Positions 13,456 to 28,164 of a stretch of 64,000 nucleotides of DNA are shown here, piece after piece. Made by a program: the position numbers and the translations under genes. Positions within the stretch are counted from its first letter, which is position 1. Each line of letters opens with the position of its first letter. The notes below the pieces were generated by a model. That model did not search any database, was not told the origin of the DNA, and saw nothing but the letters and a program-made list of their open reading frames with translations. Source of the DNA: Eledone cirrhosa (lineage: Eukaryota); the NCBI GenBank assembly GCA_964016885.1, contig OZ024755.1, positions 11,594,001 to 11,658,000 on the forward strand, written 5' to 3'.

Positions 13456-14187
13456 TAATTTTTGCACCAGCTAATCAAATTTATTTTATGTTGGAGGATT
13501 AGGTATGAAGAGAATTCAATTACATATAATCTAGTACTTGATTGACACTTAATTTTATCGATCTTGTATGGATAAAAAGCAAAGTTGATCTCAAAACGTG
13601 AAGAACTGCAATGCATTTTAGGGACGTTAACAATAATAGCAATGCTGTTGTCGTTGCTGATGATGTTTGCTTTTTGTTTGTTTTTATTATTTAACGTGTA
13701 TAATTGGTGTCAGGTTTGGGTGATTGAATTGATTAATTCAATTTAGCGAAGCATTTAAGTTGATTTTGCGCTATGTCCAGTATTAGTGAAATGCCAATAT
13801 AAAAACACACACATATATATACATATATATATAATATAATATATATGTGTGCGTGTGTAACGGAAAGCAAGAAATTATTTTCGTTGCCAGAATCTAAAGC
13901 GTGATTTTTCAAAACAAATTATCATGAATAGAAAAGAATAAATAAACAACAACAGTCAGAATTCTAAATATTTTTTAAACACATCCTCTATTTCATATTA
14001 AACGCCATTTTGAACATAGAGTAGAATTAATCTTACTGGCTTCAGTCAATAGACTACGGCCATGATGGAGCGGCACTTTTATTTAGTTCATCATTTTGAC
14101 GATCCCAATACTTAATGTTTAATTTTACTTTTTTTTTTTATTCAGTAATCCTTTTGTTGATACACAACAATGGCGCATGAACACAGG

Positions 14188-14230
14188 CACTTGAAATGAA
14201 TACAGTTTTAGCTTCGTCATTGATGCCATT

Positions 14231-14305
<75 letters not shown>

Positions 14306-14341
14306 TTAATGACGAAGGAAAAACTTTATTCACTTCAAGTG
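14188..14341. mobile_element. MITE-like inverted repeat (42-bp arms) enclosing (GA)n
   Basis: 14188-14229 and 14300-14341 are reverse complements at 36/42 positions by eye. Confidence 0.6.
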
Positions 14342-14509
14342 TTTTTTCAAAATACGATTACAATATCACAATTACAAAAATGAACCAAAAGAAAGAAAAA
14401 AGAAAATGTGGGGAGAGAATTGAGTGGTGTGTAATCTCTGTAATCTCAACATACTTAGATGTAGATCTATGAGATAGAGCGTCCAACTATCTATATATAT
14501 ATATATCCC

Positions 14510-14740
14510 TATAAATAAGTAGATGTTGACCTATAGTCCATATCTACACGTTATACCTTCCAATAATAATTTTGATTGTATCTCTCCAGCAATCAACTAT
14601 ATGCTGTTTCTACCCGGATCTATTTATAGCCATATAAATAGGTAGTGTTGACCTATAGTCTAATATCTAGAGATTATACATTTCCAGTCATAATTTGGGT
14701 TCTATCTATCCAGCAATCAGCTATATGTTGTTTCTATCCA
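14510..14740. repeat. Degenerate tandem duplication with a unit of about 120 bp
   Basis: 'tgttgacctatagtc...tccagcaatca.ctatatg.tgtttcta' occurs twice. Confidence 0.7.
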
Positions 14741-16335
14741 AGTAAACGACAGTCAATTATTGAATACTACACAATACCTGCTTCATCACGTGATGTTTCT
14801 TTTCTCTGTCTCTTCTTCTGCTTCTAAGACAGGCTCTGCTAACCTCCCAAGGAGCCTCGTTTACCTTAAAAATGTTAGGGGGACAAACCAACATTTGTTG
14901 ATTCTTAAAGGAGCATAAATTGCGTATTGTGCCTTTCCCGGACCCTATCACATAAGCAAAATTTTACGCAAATTAAATTTTATATATTCAAATGAAGTTC
15001 AGATATAAAGAAATAAGCTTAAAAAGAATTTATTATATCAAATAAGCAAAAAATAAAATATAGAGGTAACCCCCTGAAACAAAGTCCTTGCTCCTAACTA
15101 ACAGTTTACATATTTATTCCTACTCATCCCATCCAGTACATTCACCACTCCTTGCTTGTATCACCTTCCTTATGTTTTACATTAACCTGCATCTCTAAGT
15201 TCTTGTTGTGACTACCCAGCATCTCTATGGCTTTATTTCTCACAATGGATGGAAAAGGGTTTTAGTCTAGAAAAGAGGACAATTTGAAGCTGGTCATTAA
15301 AAAAAGACTACGATAATGGGTGCCTTAATATATTCTTAAGATCTAGCAACTGTGAACAAGATCTTTCAGTACATAGAGGGTACTGTGTCAACAACAACAA
15401 ATTTTAGCTGCTTCATAGTTGTTCACATAGTTTTTCACATTTTTCATATTTTTTCTCCTCTTGCTGTCATTTGCCCTTATCTTTCTTTTTTCCCTCTCTT
15501 GGGTTTGTTTCTTCCTTTTCATGGGTATTAGTTACCTCTCCTAGTCTATCATGGATTACTAACTCTATATGGACGTTTAAATTTATTAAATAAATAAACA
15601 AACATTACATGCACATCTTCCACCCTCAAACAATCTCTCTCCTTAATTCACTGTCAGCTTGTGTTTTCTCTACAGGAATCAATCTACATCAGTTGAAACT
15701 GATCATTAACCACAACGACCTCACAAATCTATGAGAGTTTACAGTAGCCATGTTTGTTTAAATGAAACATACCGTTCAACCCTATATGGGGGCTGTATCT
15801 CATAGGCGTTTTAACGGATGTTTTAATGATAGGGGCTCTAGTTCTATCAGGAAAACCAATGTGGCATATATATACTGTGTATATATATATATATATTATA
15901 TATAAAGTGAAAACAAATTAAATTGAATTTACACTTCACACCTATGTAGATCTAGCTGGCTTGCTTCGAAGTTTATGGGGTATTTTTTAATGATAGTTCA
16001 CCCCACCCCTGTCCTATCATTAAAAGCAATGTGAAATGTATCAAGTCGTTTTATGGGTAATTACTTTCATCCTTCTCAATAAAAATAAATAAATATATAA
16101 ATAAAAAATCAGAAAAGTGTTTTTAAATTCAAAATATAAACGATTTCCAAACAGCATGAGTTTTCATCGTCAGTTGGTGGTTGATGAAAGAAGCAACAAG
16201 AGTATTTCTTTGAAGTAAAGATAAAAATATAAAGTGGATCTAACATTGATGATTAAAACATTTTCTCTTGGAGACAATTGGAAATAGGCCAAGTTCAAGG
16301 TAATAAGGTAGTCAACACAATATAATATTGTCACG

Positions 16336-16660
16336 ACAATGGAGGTTACTCAACACAATACTGATACCACAATGGAGGTTACTCAACACAATACTGATAC
16401 CACAATGGAGGTTACTTAACACAATCCTGGTCCCACAATGGAGGTTACTTAACACAATCCTGATCCCACAATGGAGGTTACTTAACACAATCCTGATCCC
16501 ACAATGGAGGTTACTTAACACAATCCTGATCCCACAATGGAGGTTACTTAAATAACCTCCATTGTGGGATCAGGATTGTGTTAAGTAACCTCCATTGTGG
16601 GATCAGGATTGTGTTAACACAATCCTGATCCCACAATTGAGGTTACTTAACACAATCCTG
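16336..16660. repeat. 33-bp minisatellite with an internal 66-bp inversion
   Basis: The unit acaatggaggttacttaacacaatcctgatccc starts at 16336, 16369, 16402, 16435, 16468, 16501 and 16534. Two units are then inverted and the forward orientation resumes. Confidence 0.95.
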
Positions 16661-16671
16661 AAACCACAAAG

Positions 16672-16915
16672 GAGAGGGGAGTGAGGGAAGGAGAGAAAGA
16701 GGGGGTGAGGGAAGGAGAGAAAGAGGGGGTGGGGGAAGGAGAGAAAGAGGGGGGAGAGGGAAGGAGAGAAAGAGGGGGTGAGGGAAGGAGAGAAAAGGGG
16801 GTGAGGGGCAGAGAAAGAGAGACACAGAGTGGGTGAGGGGCAGAGAAAGAGAGAGACACAGAGTGGGTGAGGGGCAGAGAAAGAGAGAGACACAGAGTGG
16901 GGCGAGCGAGAGAGA
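16672..16915. repeat. Purine-rich minisatellite of 22-32-bp units
   Basis: Repeats of gagggggtgagggaaggagagaaa and gagtgggtgaggggcagagaaagagagagacaca. Confidence 0.85.
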
Positions 16916-17317
16916 GTAACATAGTACTGTTCTAGATCTTTCGATGTGATATGATTATTCTTCTATTCTGTATTAAGCCAATCTGCCGTCACATGGGAAT
17001 ATATCTAGATGATAGAATATATTTTTTAGAGAACGTATTCTTCAATTTACAACAAGTGTCTTTTACACATTCCCGAAACAGTAGAATCTCTACATTTTGC
17101 GTCAGTCGAAAATTCGTTTAGTCGCGAATGTCTTTTGTCTTATAGTTTATCTCAGATCTTTGAACTCAACAGGAAAGGTGTAAGAAAAAAAATGACAAAA
17201 ATCAAGTATAAAAATAAATAAAATAAACTGTTTCTGAGGCGTTCGATTTATCGTTTATTTAAGAAAAAAAAAACTTTGAAGATATGCACAATTGAGAATA
17301 CACATGCAGATACACAC

Positions 17318-17694
17318 GTATATATACATTTATACACATATATATATATATACACATATATACACATATATATATATATACACATATATACACATATATA
17401 TATATATACACATATATATATATATACACATATATACACATATATATATATATATACATATATACACATATATATACATATATACACATATATACACATA
17501 TATATACATATATACACATATATACACACATATATACACACATATATATATATACATATATACACACATATATATATATACATATATACACACACATATA
17601 TATATATACATATATACACATATATATATATATACATATATACACATATATATATATACATATATACACATATATATATATACATATATACACA

Positions 17695-17734
<40 letters not shown>

Positions 17735-18221
17735 CATATATACACATATATATATATATACATATATAGACATATATATATATATACATATATAGACATA
17801 TATATATATATATATACATATATACACATATATATATATATATACATATATACACATACATATATACACATATATATATATATATACATATATACACATA
17901 TATATATATATATATACATATATATACATATATACACATATATATATATATATATACATATATACACATATATATATATATATATATACATATATACACA
18001 TATATATATATATATATACATATATACACATATATATATATATATACACATATATACACATATATATATATATACATATATATATATACATATATATATA
18101 TACACATATATACACATATATATATATATACATATATACACATATATATATACATATATACACATATATATATACATATATACACATATATATATATATA
18201 CACATATATATATATATACAC

Positions 18222-18256
<35 letters not shown>

Positions 18257-18463
18257 CATATATACACATATATATATATATATACACATATATATATATA
18301 TACATATATACACATATATATATATATATACACATATATATATATATACATATATACACATATATATATATATACATATATACACATATATATATATATA
18401 CATATATACACATATATATATATATACATATATACACATATATATATATATACATATATACAC

Positions 18464-18522
<59 letters not shown>

Positions 18523-20735
18523 TATATATATACATATATACACATATATATATATATACATATATACACATATATATATATATACATATATACACATATA
18601 TATATATATATACATATATACACATATATATATATACATATATACATATATATATATATACATATATACACATATATATATATATACATATATACACATA
18701 TATATATATATATATATACATATATACACATATATATATATATACATATATACATATATATATATATATACATATATACACATATATATATATATACATA
18801 TATACACACATATATATATACATATATACACACATATATATATACATATATACACACATATATATATATACATATATACACACATATATATATATACATA
18901 TATACACACATATATATATATACATATATACACACATATATATATACATATATACACACATATATATATACATATATACACACATATATATATATATACA
19001 TATATACACATATATATATATACATATATACACATATATATATATATACATATATACACATATATATATATATACATATATACACATATATATATATATA
19101 CATATATACACACACATATATATATACATATATACACACATATATATATATACATATATACACATATATATATATATACATATATACACACATATATATA
19201 TATATACATATATACACACATATATATATATATACATATATACACACATATATATATATATACATATATACACACATATATATATATACATATATACACA
19301 CATATATATATATACATATATACACACATATATATATATACATATATACACACACATATATATACATACATACACACATATATATACATACACACATATA
19401 TATATATACATATATACACACATATATATATATATATACATATATACACACATATATATATATACATATATACACATATATATATATACATATATACACA
19501 TATATATATATACATATATACACATATATATATATATATACATATATACACATATATATATATATATACATATATACACATATATATATATATACATATA
19601 TACACATATATATATATACATATATACACATATATATATATACATATATACACATATATATATATACATATATACACACATATATATATACATATATACA
19701 CACATATATATATACATATATATACACATATATATATATACATATACACATATATATATATACATATATACACACATATATATATATACATATATATATA
19801 TATACATATATACACATATATATATATACATATATACACATATATATATATATACATATATACACATATATATATATATACATATATACACATATATATA
19901 TATATACATATATACACATATATATATATATACATATATACACATATATATATATACATATATACACATATATATATATACATATATACACATATATATA
20001 TATACATATATATATACATATATATATACATATATATATACATATATATATACATATATACACATATATATATACATATATACACATATATATATATATA
20101 CATATATACACATATATATATATACATATATACACATATATATATATATACATATATACACATATATATATATACATATATACACATATATATATATATA
20201 TACATATATACACACACATATATATATATACATATATACACACACATATATATATACATATATACACACACATATATATATATACATATATACACATATA
20301 TATATATATATACATATATACACATATATATATATATATACATATATACACACATATATATATATACATATATATACACACACATATATATATATATATA
20401 TACACACATATATATACATATATACACACACATATATACATATACATATATACACACACATATATATATATACATATATACACACACATATATATATATA
20501 CATATATACACATATATATACACATATATACACACATATATATATACATATATACACACATATATATACATATATACACACACATATATATACATATATA
20601 CACACATATATATACATATATACACACATATATATACATATATACACGCACATATATATACATATATACACACACATATATATATATACATATATACACA
20701 CACACACATATATATATATCTATATATACATATAT
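17318..20735. repeat. 3.4-kb (TA)n array regularly interrupted by CA/CACA
   Basis: Read directly. Source of the 1100-aa pseudo-ORFs. Confidence 0.95.
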
Positions 20736-20889
20736 GTACGGCTTAATTCGGGACGTTTGTTTACAAACACACCGAGCATTATAATAAATGTTCGGTAAAT
20801 CCATACGTACATATATTACTGTACGTCTGTATACATATATGTATGTACGTATACATACTTATATATATATATACATAAATATAGGTCTA

Positions 20890-20924
<35 letters not shown>

Positions 20925-20980
20925 GTGTATAGTGGTAGCTAAGGTGCTTCCATATAAAATTTGCTCCAGACGTAACACCC

Positions 20981-21069
20981 GTGTCTGAAAGAAACCGCAG
21001 AAGTAGAATCAGCCAGATGCATACAAGAGCCATGTCTCGAGCTACATGCCGGCGAAACATTTGTAACAC
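20981..21069 (+). ncRNA. Hammerhead-like motif, family C copy 2
   Basis: GUGU-CUGAAaGA-...gccggc-GAAA-CAUUUG-UA-ACAC-aaAAUAAA. The downstream 'gatgcatcactgatttttcgtttc' is identical to the reverse complement of 12267-12290. Confidence 0.6.
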
Positions 21070-21229
21070 AAAATAAACTAAGTCCAGATGCATCACTGAT
21101 TTTTCGTTTCCTTTATAATATATATATATATAGAACCACATATAGATATACATTACTCGAAATGAAATGCAGAATATAATTGTAACAACAGTCTAGTGGT
21201 ATAAATGATAGCTTAGAAAATCTGGTAAA

Positions 21230-21264
<35 letters not shown>

Positions 21265-21996
21265 TACGCGAGTTTGTGTGCGTCACTGATATATGCGAAT
21301 TCATTGTATCATAGGTATATATGCACACCACCCCACTCTCAAGAGCGTGAAATTAATAAACATTCGTTGTACTGCCTCTCTGTCTTGTTCCTGTTCAAAT
21401 TTTCCATTATCTATCTATCTATCTATCTATCTATATATATATATATATGTAAATATGCATGTGTCTATGTATATATGTATGTATGTATACATTATGAGTG
21501 CTGAATGTGTGCGGTCTGTAGGAAAATTGTAATAAACCAAGGCGGACAATGGTATTCTGTATTACTAAGCTATTTCTTGTTTGTTATTTCGATGGGTGGA
21601 TTCAATTATCAATGTTTAAAGGGAGTAACTGAATAAATGGGCCTTGGTTGTTTCTATTAGAGGTAGGGCTTGTCTATTGTCAGGAATTTCTCATTGTATA
21701 CACACAGATATTAAATCCTTATTCATAGACATTTATTTCAATAGTTGTCCCCGGGCGGCTTCTTACACCCGTATTTATTGGTTTTTACACTTTATTGGTG
21801 AATAACACAAGAATAAGACCATGTTTGTGGTAAGCGACACTACTGTAATTATTACACACACATAAGTATATATGTGTGTGTATATGTGTGTGTATATCAG
21901 TACTGAAACAGCCCCTCCACTATACAGTGATGGCCATAAATGGATCCCGAAACCTAAGATCACGTATACATGTTAGTATATGAAATTTCAATTATA

Positions 21997-22031
<35 letters not shown>

Positions 22032-22058
22032 TTCACCCACGTGAGCACTCGATGGATG

Positions 22059-22090
<32 letters not shown>

Positions 22091-22548
22091 GTATGTATAT
22101 ATATATATATATTATATATATAAAAATGCGAATGTATACAGAGAACAGCACAACAAACAATACAATAGGTTGGAAATATATATTTTATGTATATATATAT
22201 ATAACGAGGGAAGTGTGATAAGGGACCAGATGGACCATAACGCACCAGAGTACTCAATACTTAGGGTAAAAGAGAGGGTAATAGGAAATAGCCGTCGAAA
22301 CGGCATCAGCTCTGCCGTCCGGGTTAAACATTTTACTATATATATATATATATATATGTATATATAGCGTAATACGTTTCTACTATATCAAGCGTTAAAC
22401 AAATATATTTCTTTATTGTAATTTATTATCTGCTTCGCTGATTCCGTTTATTTTGTGTGAATATATAAGAATAACTAAAGCCATAATTAAATAACATAAG
22501 CTAATCAGTTCAACGCTCTATTAATCGTTTATTTAATCAAAATAATAA

Positions 22549-23188
22549 TGGTTTCTATATTTGGCACAAGGCCAGCAACTTAAAGGGAAGAGGAAGGTCG
22601 ATTGAATGGACCTCAGTGCATTACTAGTACTTTATTTTTTTCGACCCTCGAATGGATGAAAGGCATAGTTAACCTCGGCGGGATTTGAACTCAGAACGTA
22701 AAGGGCCATAACTACCCTGCAGAGCATGGTGTCTGACGCTCTACCGATACTGCCAATCCACCACTCTAAAATAATAATTGTTTCTACTTTTTGGCACAAG
22801 GCCAGCTACTATCCCATTGCATTACTGGTACTTTTTTTTATCGACTCCGTAAGGATGAAAGGTAAAATTAACCTCGACGGGATTTGAACTCAGACTGTAA
22901 AGGGACGTAACTATGCGGGAAAGCATGGCGTCCGACCCTCTACCGATACTGCCAATCCACCGCCCTTAAATAATAATGATGATGAGCGGGATTTCTATGT
23001 TGAAGTACATGGCTTACAATTTTTGGCGGAAAAGGAAGTCAATTACACCGGAACCAGTATTTTACAAGTACACCGAAAGATAACAGGTAAAGCTGACCTC
23101 TGCAAGATTTGAACTCAGAACATATATACTCGAATAACTACAGCAAAGAATTTGACCAATACCTTTTCTGGTTTACCTAATCACAGCC
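22549..23188 (-). mobile_element. Three head-to-tail main SINE copies (22549-22766, 22778-22965, degraded 22990-23188)
   Basis: Reverse-complement matches to the SINE consensus. Confidence 0.85.
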
Positions 23189-23567
23189 ATTTATATATTA
23201 ATAACAATAATCTATGTACGTGTGTGTGTGTGTGTGCGTGTGCGTGTGTGCGTGTGCGTGTGCGTGTGCGTGTGTGTGCACGTGTGCACGTGTATGCAGT
23301 CGATCAATGTTACCTTAGCTAAGCAGTGAAAACAAACCTCTGCCCGTTAGCAGTCTGCAGTGTATTTATTTTGTCTTAGATGAACATTTAAAATAAACGT
23401 CTATCCCTCAGCTGGCAGATAAATCTTTGTCTGTGTGGTCCGGATGGGTTTAAGACCTAGACCGATTCTGGTTTACATTAAAATTCATAATCAATTCAAT
23501 AAACCAGTATTGAGTTCTTTATACCTCTGGGATATATTTTGCACTGTCATGAATCATTATTATACTT

Positions 23568-23747
23568 GGATTGGCAGTACCCGTAGAGCGTCAGGCACCA
23601 TGCTTTGTAGCATAGAGTTATGGCTTTTACGTTCTGAGTTCAAATCTCACTGAGGTTAACTTTGCCTTTCATCCTTACGGGGTCGATAAAATAAAGCACC
23701 GGTAATGCACTGGGTAATTACAGGCCTTGTGCCTAAAGTAGAAACAA
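23568..23747 (+). mobile_element. Main SINE copy
   Basis: Head, central domain and tail are all present. Confidence 0.9.
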
Positions 23748-24721
23748 TTATTTTACTTTTTATTTTAGTATATCTAGGAAAGTCTTGCCAGTCAAAAAAC
23801 CGTCAATCTTACCCTCACATAATTGTGTCAATGGAACTGATCGATAACTTGCTCATTGATACAGAGTTGTCACTGTTTAAATAGACCTATGATCAAAAAC
23901 ATTCCAGCCATGGCCAGAAATCCCTTTTATTTGAGGAACAATGTATCCCGGACTACGTTATCGAATGTCTCCTATTTGGGGTTTCTATCGTGAAATATCA
24001 ACTTTGTGCCTGCTTCTATTGACTCTGTTACCACATACATAAATATGTTTTTTTAAAAATAGGTTTGAAAACCAATTCTCACGATTATAAACTATAAAAT
24101 AAACTGACACGTACACACACAGCCCTCACACACATACACACATCACTTCACATATTCTCACACAGTCAAATAGACAGACACGAACGAACAATAATGAACG
24201 CACGCACCTAAATACACTGACCTATAAAGTAAAAAAAAAAGTGCATTTATATAAAAACAGATTCACACGGGCTCACACGCAAAGCAGTATCTATGTGATA
24301 GCTTTCCATGCTAGAAATAGCAGCTAAAGTATTCAAATCACTTCTTATTGTGTTAAGAAATAAATTACGTCCATATTGTGAAAGGGGTAGATGTAGGGAT
24401 GAAGAAATGAAATGGGTACGGTTCGAGTAATTTTGACCAAAGGTCAACTGGATAAGATATCCATCCATACATATTTATACAGCGGAAAGTTCACATGGCT
24501 CCTAAACATTCACACACACACACACACTAAAACGATTACATGCAGACACACGCACACAGATAAAGATACCACACAGACACACACATAAATCTGATTCAAC
24601 GATAAGATTAAAGAGGGACGGAACACACACACACACAAACTCCGATTTCTTCCAGAGGAGGATAGAGAATGAGTGAGAGAACATGATAAAGACAGAGAAT
24701 GAAACGACCTCAGTATTTAAA

Positions 24722-24907
24722 GGGCGGTGGATTGGCAGTATCGGTAGAGGGTCGGACGCCATGCTTTCAAGCATAGTTATGTCCCTTTACGATCTGAGTT
24801 CAAATCCCGCCGAGGTTGACTTTGCCTTTCATCCTTACGGGGTCGATAAAATAAAGTACCAGTAATGCACTGGGTAATTGCTGGCCTTGTGCCTAAAGTA
24901 GAAACAA
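24722..24907 (+). mobile_element. Main SINE, full-length reference-like copy (about 185 bp)
   Basis: gggcggtggattggcagtatcggtaga (A-box-like)...gagttcaaatccc (B-box)...gcctttcatccttacggggtcgataaaataaagtacc...gtagaaacaa. Confidence 0.95.
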
Positions 24908-24924
24908 GTATTAAAATGAATCGT

Positions 24925-26049
24925 ATTTATCGACCACGGAAGAACAAAAAGCAAAGCTGACCTGGGTGGGATTTGAGCTTACAACGCAGTGAGCCTGAAC
25001 AAATAACGACACCGTAACGCCTCTACTAATTTGCCTCCATCCGCTAAATGACACTTGCCATAGATATCATGAGTGAGATTGAACCCGAGATATTGTGATT
25101 AATTTTTTAACCATTCCGTCATGCTTCCCCCACACGGAACGATCTGAGTAAACGAGAATCACAATAACTAAAGTAAGACAAACAGCTGCGGGCGGCTAGA
25201 CACAACATACATAAAAGGATAACATATTTATTTAACCCTCAAACCCTTACGTCTCACTCGTAAGATAAACACAAGTAATAGTCCTTCCAAATAAAGACAG
25301 GGTAGGTCTATATGGTTGCTCGGTATTTCTTTTGGTTCTTTACGTTCTGAGGTCAAACACCGCAAAGGTCAACTTTGCCTTTCATCCCCCGAGGTCGATA
25401 AAATATTCTATCATTCAAGTATTAGGGGGCGATTTAATCAAAGTCACCCCCCCCCAAAAAAAAAAGAAATGATTATCTTTTCACAAAGTAGGATCAAACT
25501 AAGAAATTCAAAAAACAACAAAAAATGACAGTTGAGAATTCCAAGAGCGAATCTACACATTATTTAAGTCATATCCAGAAGGATTCGAACAGAATTTGAG
25601 GGCGTTAAAATATAATGAAATGATTTAAAAAAAAACGAAAAGAAAATAGTGTTGTTTCTTTAAAACTAACAAATTAAAAGTAAAGAAGTCGATTAAATCG
25701 AACTAGTATATTACTAGTACTGTTACCTCGGCGTGATTTGAACGCAGAGCTTAAATGTCCTTAACTATATGCCACAAAGCATGTTGTTCGACGCGCTGCC
25801 GGTACTGACAATCCATCGCCCGAATGTTATTTCTAAAACTGGTTTCTGATTTTGGCATAGGGTCAACAATTTGGGGGAAAGAGGAAGTCGATTAAATAGA
25901 ACTCAATGCTTTACTAGTACTATTTTATCAACCCCGCAAGGATGAAAGGCCACGCTAACCTCGGCAGGATTTGAACTAAATGTAACAAGCCATAACTCTA
26001 TGTCGCAAAGTATGTCCGACGCTTTACTGATACTGCAAATCCACGGCCC
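24925..26049. mobile_element. Cluster of degraded SINE copies (24925-25020 -, 25310-25450 +, 25685-25821 -, 25841-26049 -)
   Basis: Partial matches to the SINE B-box and central domain. Confidence 0.7.
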
Positions 26050-27458
26050 TTTATATAATAATCCACCATAAATTTATATTAAAAAAAAAAGAGCAAAGGA
26101 TGTGACCAAATTCTACACGCGTGGCTAGGCTGTATACCTCAGCTGTGTCCTGTGACAAGATGACGAAAGGTTAGTTTCAGAGAACGAAGAGCGACACCGC
26201 CTACATCAGTTACTTCACCTATTGGGTCTCCTTTCGAGGTTGATATGCACTCGTTCCAATTTTACGGACGAAAACGGCTGTACGTAGAAGGAGGATAAGG
26301 AGGTTTCGAAAGCAACTTGTGCGAAAGGAAAACGGTCAGCCAAACCCCAGTACTTGGGACATGGCGAAGGGTGTTACGAGAGGTGGTATACGGATTTGTA
26401 GACAAAGTGATTAGAAGGTTTACATTTTAATATTTATATTTATAAAACAAATAATGTTTTTTTTAATCATATAACCAGGGCCGGATTCAGGCGGGTTGAT
26501 ATCAACAGGGTCGAGGTATTTGTTTGTTGGTGGGTGGGAGTAATCAAAATAGGCATGGATTAACTATGAAATGTTATTTGATAGGATGCTATGTTACAGT
26601 ATTACAGATGCCAAACGTTAATAAAGCCACACTAATATAGGGGAACTATGTCAACCATGCTATTACAAGAAGTCACAAACAAACAATTACCCCGAATTCG
26701 TTCAAAAATAATGGGGATAAAATAACAATCCAGGGCAATATCCATATCCATATACGTATATATATATATATATATTACGTATGTACACACACACACACAC
26801 AAATAGATTAAAAGAAAAGGGGAAAAGAAAATAGAAAGACATGGCGGAATTTTGGAAGAAGTTATTAACATATATACGAGCTGTCACAAAACACGAGGGT
26901 TTCTATGTTAAGCTATGTGGGTATACTCATTGTATATATGTGTGCGTGCATGTATATATATATATATATATATATTTATGTATATATATTTATGTATATA
27001 TACATATATATTTATGTATATATATATATATTTATGTATATATACATATATATTTATGTATATATATATATTTATGTATATATATATATTTATGTATATA
27101 TATATATTTATGTATATATATATATATATATTTATGTATATATATATATATATATTTATGTATATATATATATATATATTTATGTATATATATATATATA
27201 TATTTAAGTATATATATATATATATATTTATGTATATATATATATATATATTTATGTATATATATATTTATGTATATATATATATATATATTTATGTATA
27301 TATATATTTATATATATATATTTATGTATATATATATTTATGTATATATATATTTATGTATATATATATTTATGTATATATATATTTATGTATATATATA
27401 TTTATATACATATATATATATATATGTATATATATATTTATGTATATATATATTTATG

Positions 27459-27489
<31 letters not shown>

Positions 27490-27620
27490 ATTTATGTATA
27501 TATATATATTTATGTATATATATATATATGTATGTATATATATATATATATTTATGAAGTAATTCCGTCGGAAAAGTCCAGGAAAAAAGAGTGCTCTATG
27601 TAGGTAACAGAGCTTAATAG

Positions 27621-27860
27621 TTATGTAATAAACAACATAAGGCAATTATTCCATTTAACAGTGGTTTCTTAAAAGCAAAGAATTTTGCTTGGAATCATCA
27701 GAATGAAAAAATCCTGGTCTGTTTATTGAATTTGGATTTTAAAAACCAAATTCAATAAACAGACCAGGATTTTTTCATTCTGATGATTCCAAGCAAAATT
27801 CTTTGCTTTTAAGAAACCACTGTTAAATGGAATAATTGCCTTATGTTGTTTATTACATAA
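27621..27860. mobile_element. 240-bp near-perfect palindrome, putative head-to-head pseudo-LTR pair (family D)
   Basis: 120-bp arms with no spacer, centred on TTAA at 27739-27742. One mismatch seen (27736/27745). Confidence 0.85.
27773..27832 (+). ncRNA. Hammerhead-like motif, family D (mirror copy on minus at 27649-27708)
   Basis: UUUCAUU-CUGAUGA-UUcc AAGCAAA auuc UUUGCUU uuAA-GAAA-ccacug-UUA-AAUGGAA. Stem III is 1 nt out of register. Confidence 0.5.
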
Positions 27861-27993
27861 ATATATATATTTATGTATATATATATATATTTATGTATAT
27901 ATATATATTTATGTATATATATATATTTATGTATATATATATATATATGTATATATACATAAATATATATATTAATGTATAAATATATATATT

Positions 27994-28040
<47 letters not shown>

Positions 28041-28122
28041 GTATATGTATATATATATGTATTATATATGTATTATATATATGTATTATATATATATGTA
28101 TATATATATATGTATATATATG

Positions 28123-28164
<42 letters not shown>

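Noticed and set aside
16336-16660. CRISPR-like 33-bp periodicity
   Set aside because: The units are contiguous with no unique spacers, and the context is eukaryotic.
17248-20804. ORFs over 1100 aa (also 28295-30982, 37559-40267, 51332-54590)
   Set aside because: They are translations of stop-free (TA)n/(CA)n repeats, open in many frames on both strands with Y/I/C/V/M/H/T-only composition. They are not genes.
21920-21970. Possible hammerhead (gtgatgg...cgaaacctaagatc)
   Set aside because: The core and stems need several changes to fit, so it is not distinguishable from chance.
24722-24812. tRNA gene
   Set aside because: A- and B-box-like motifs are present, but there is no cloverleaf and it continues into the SINE body in about 30 copies.
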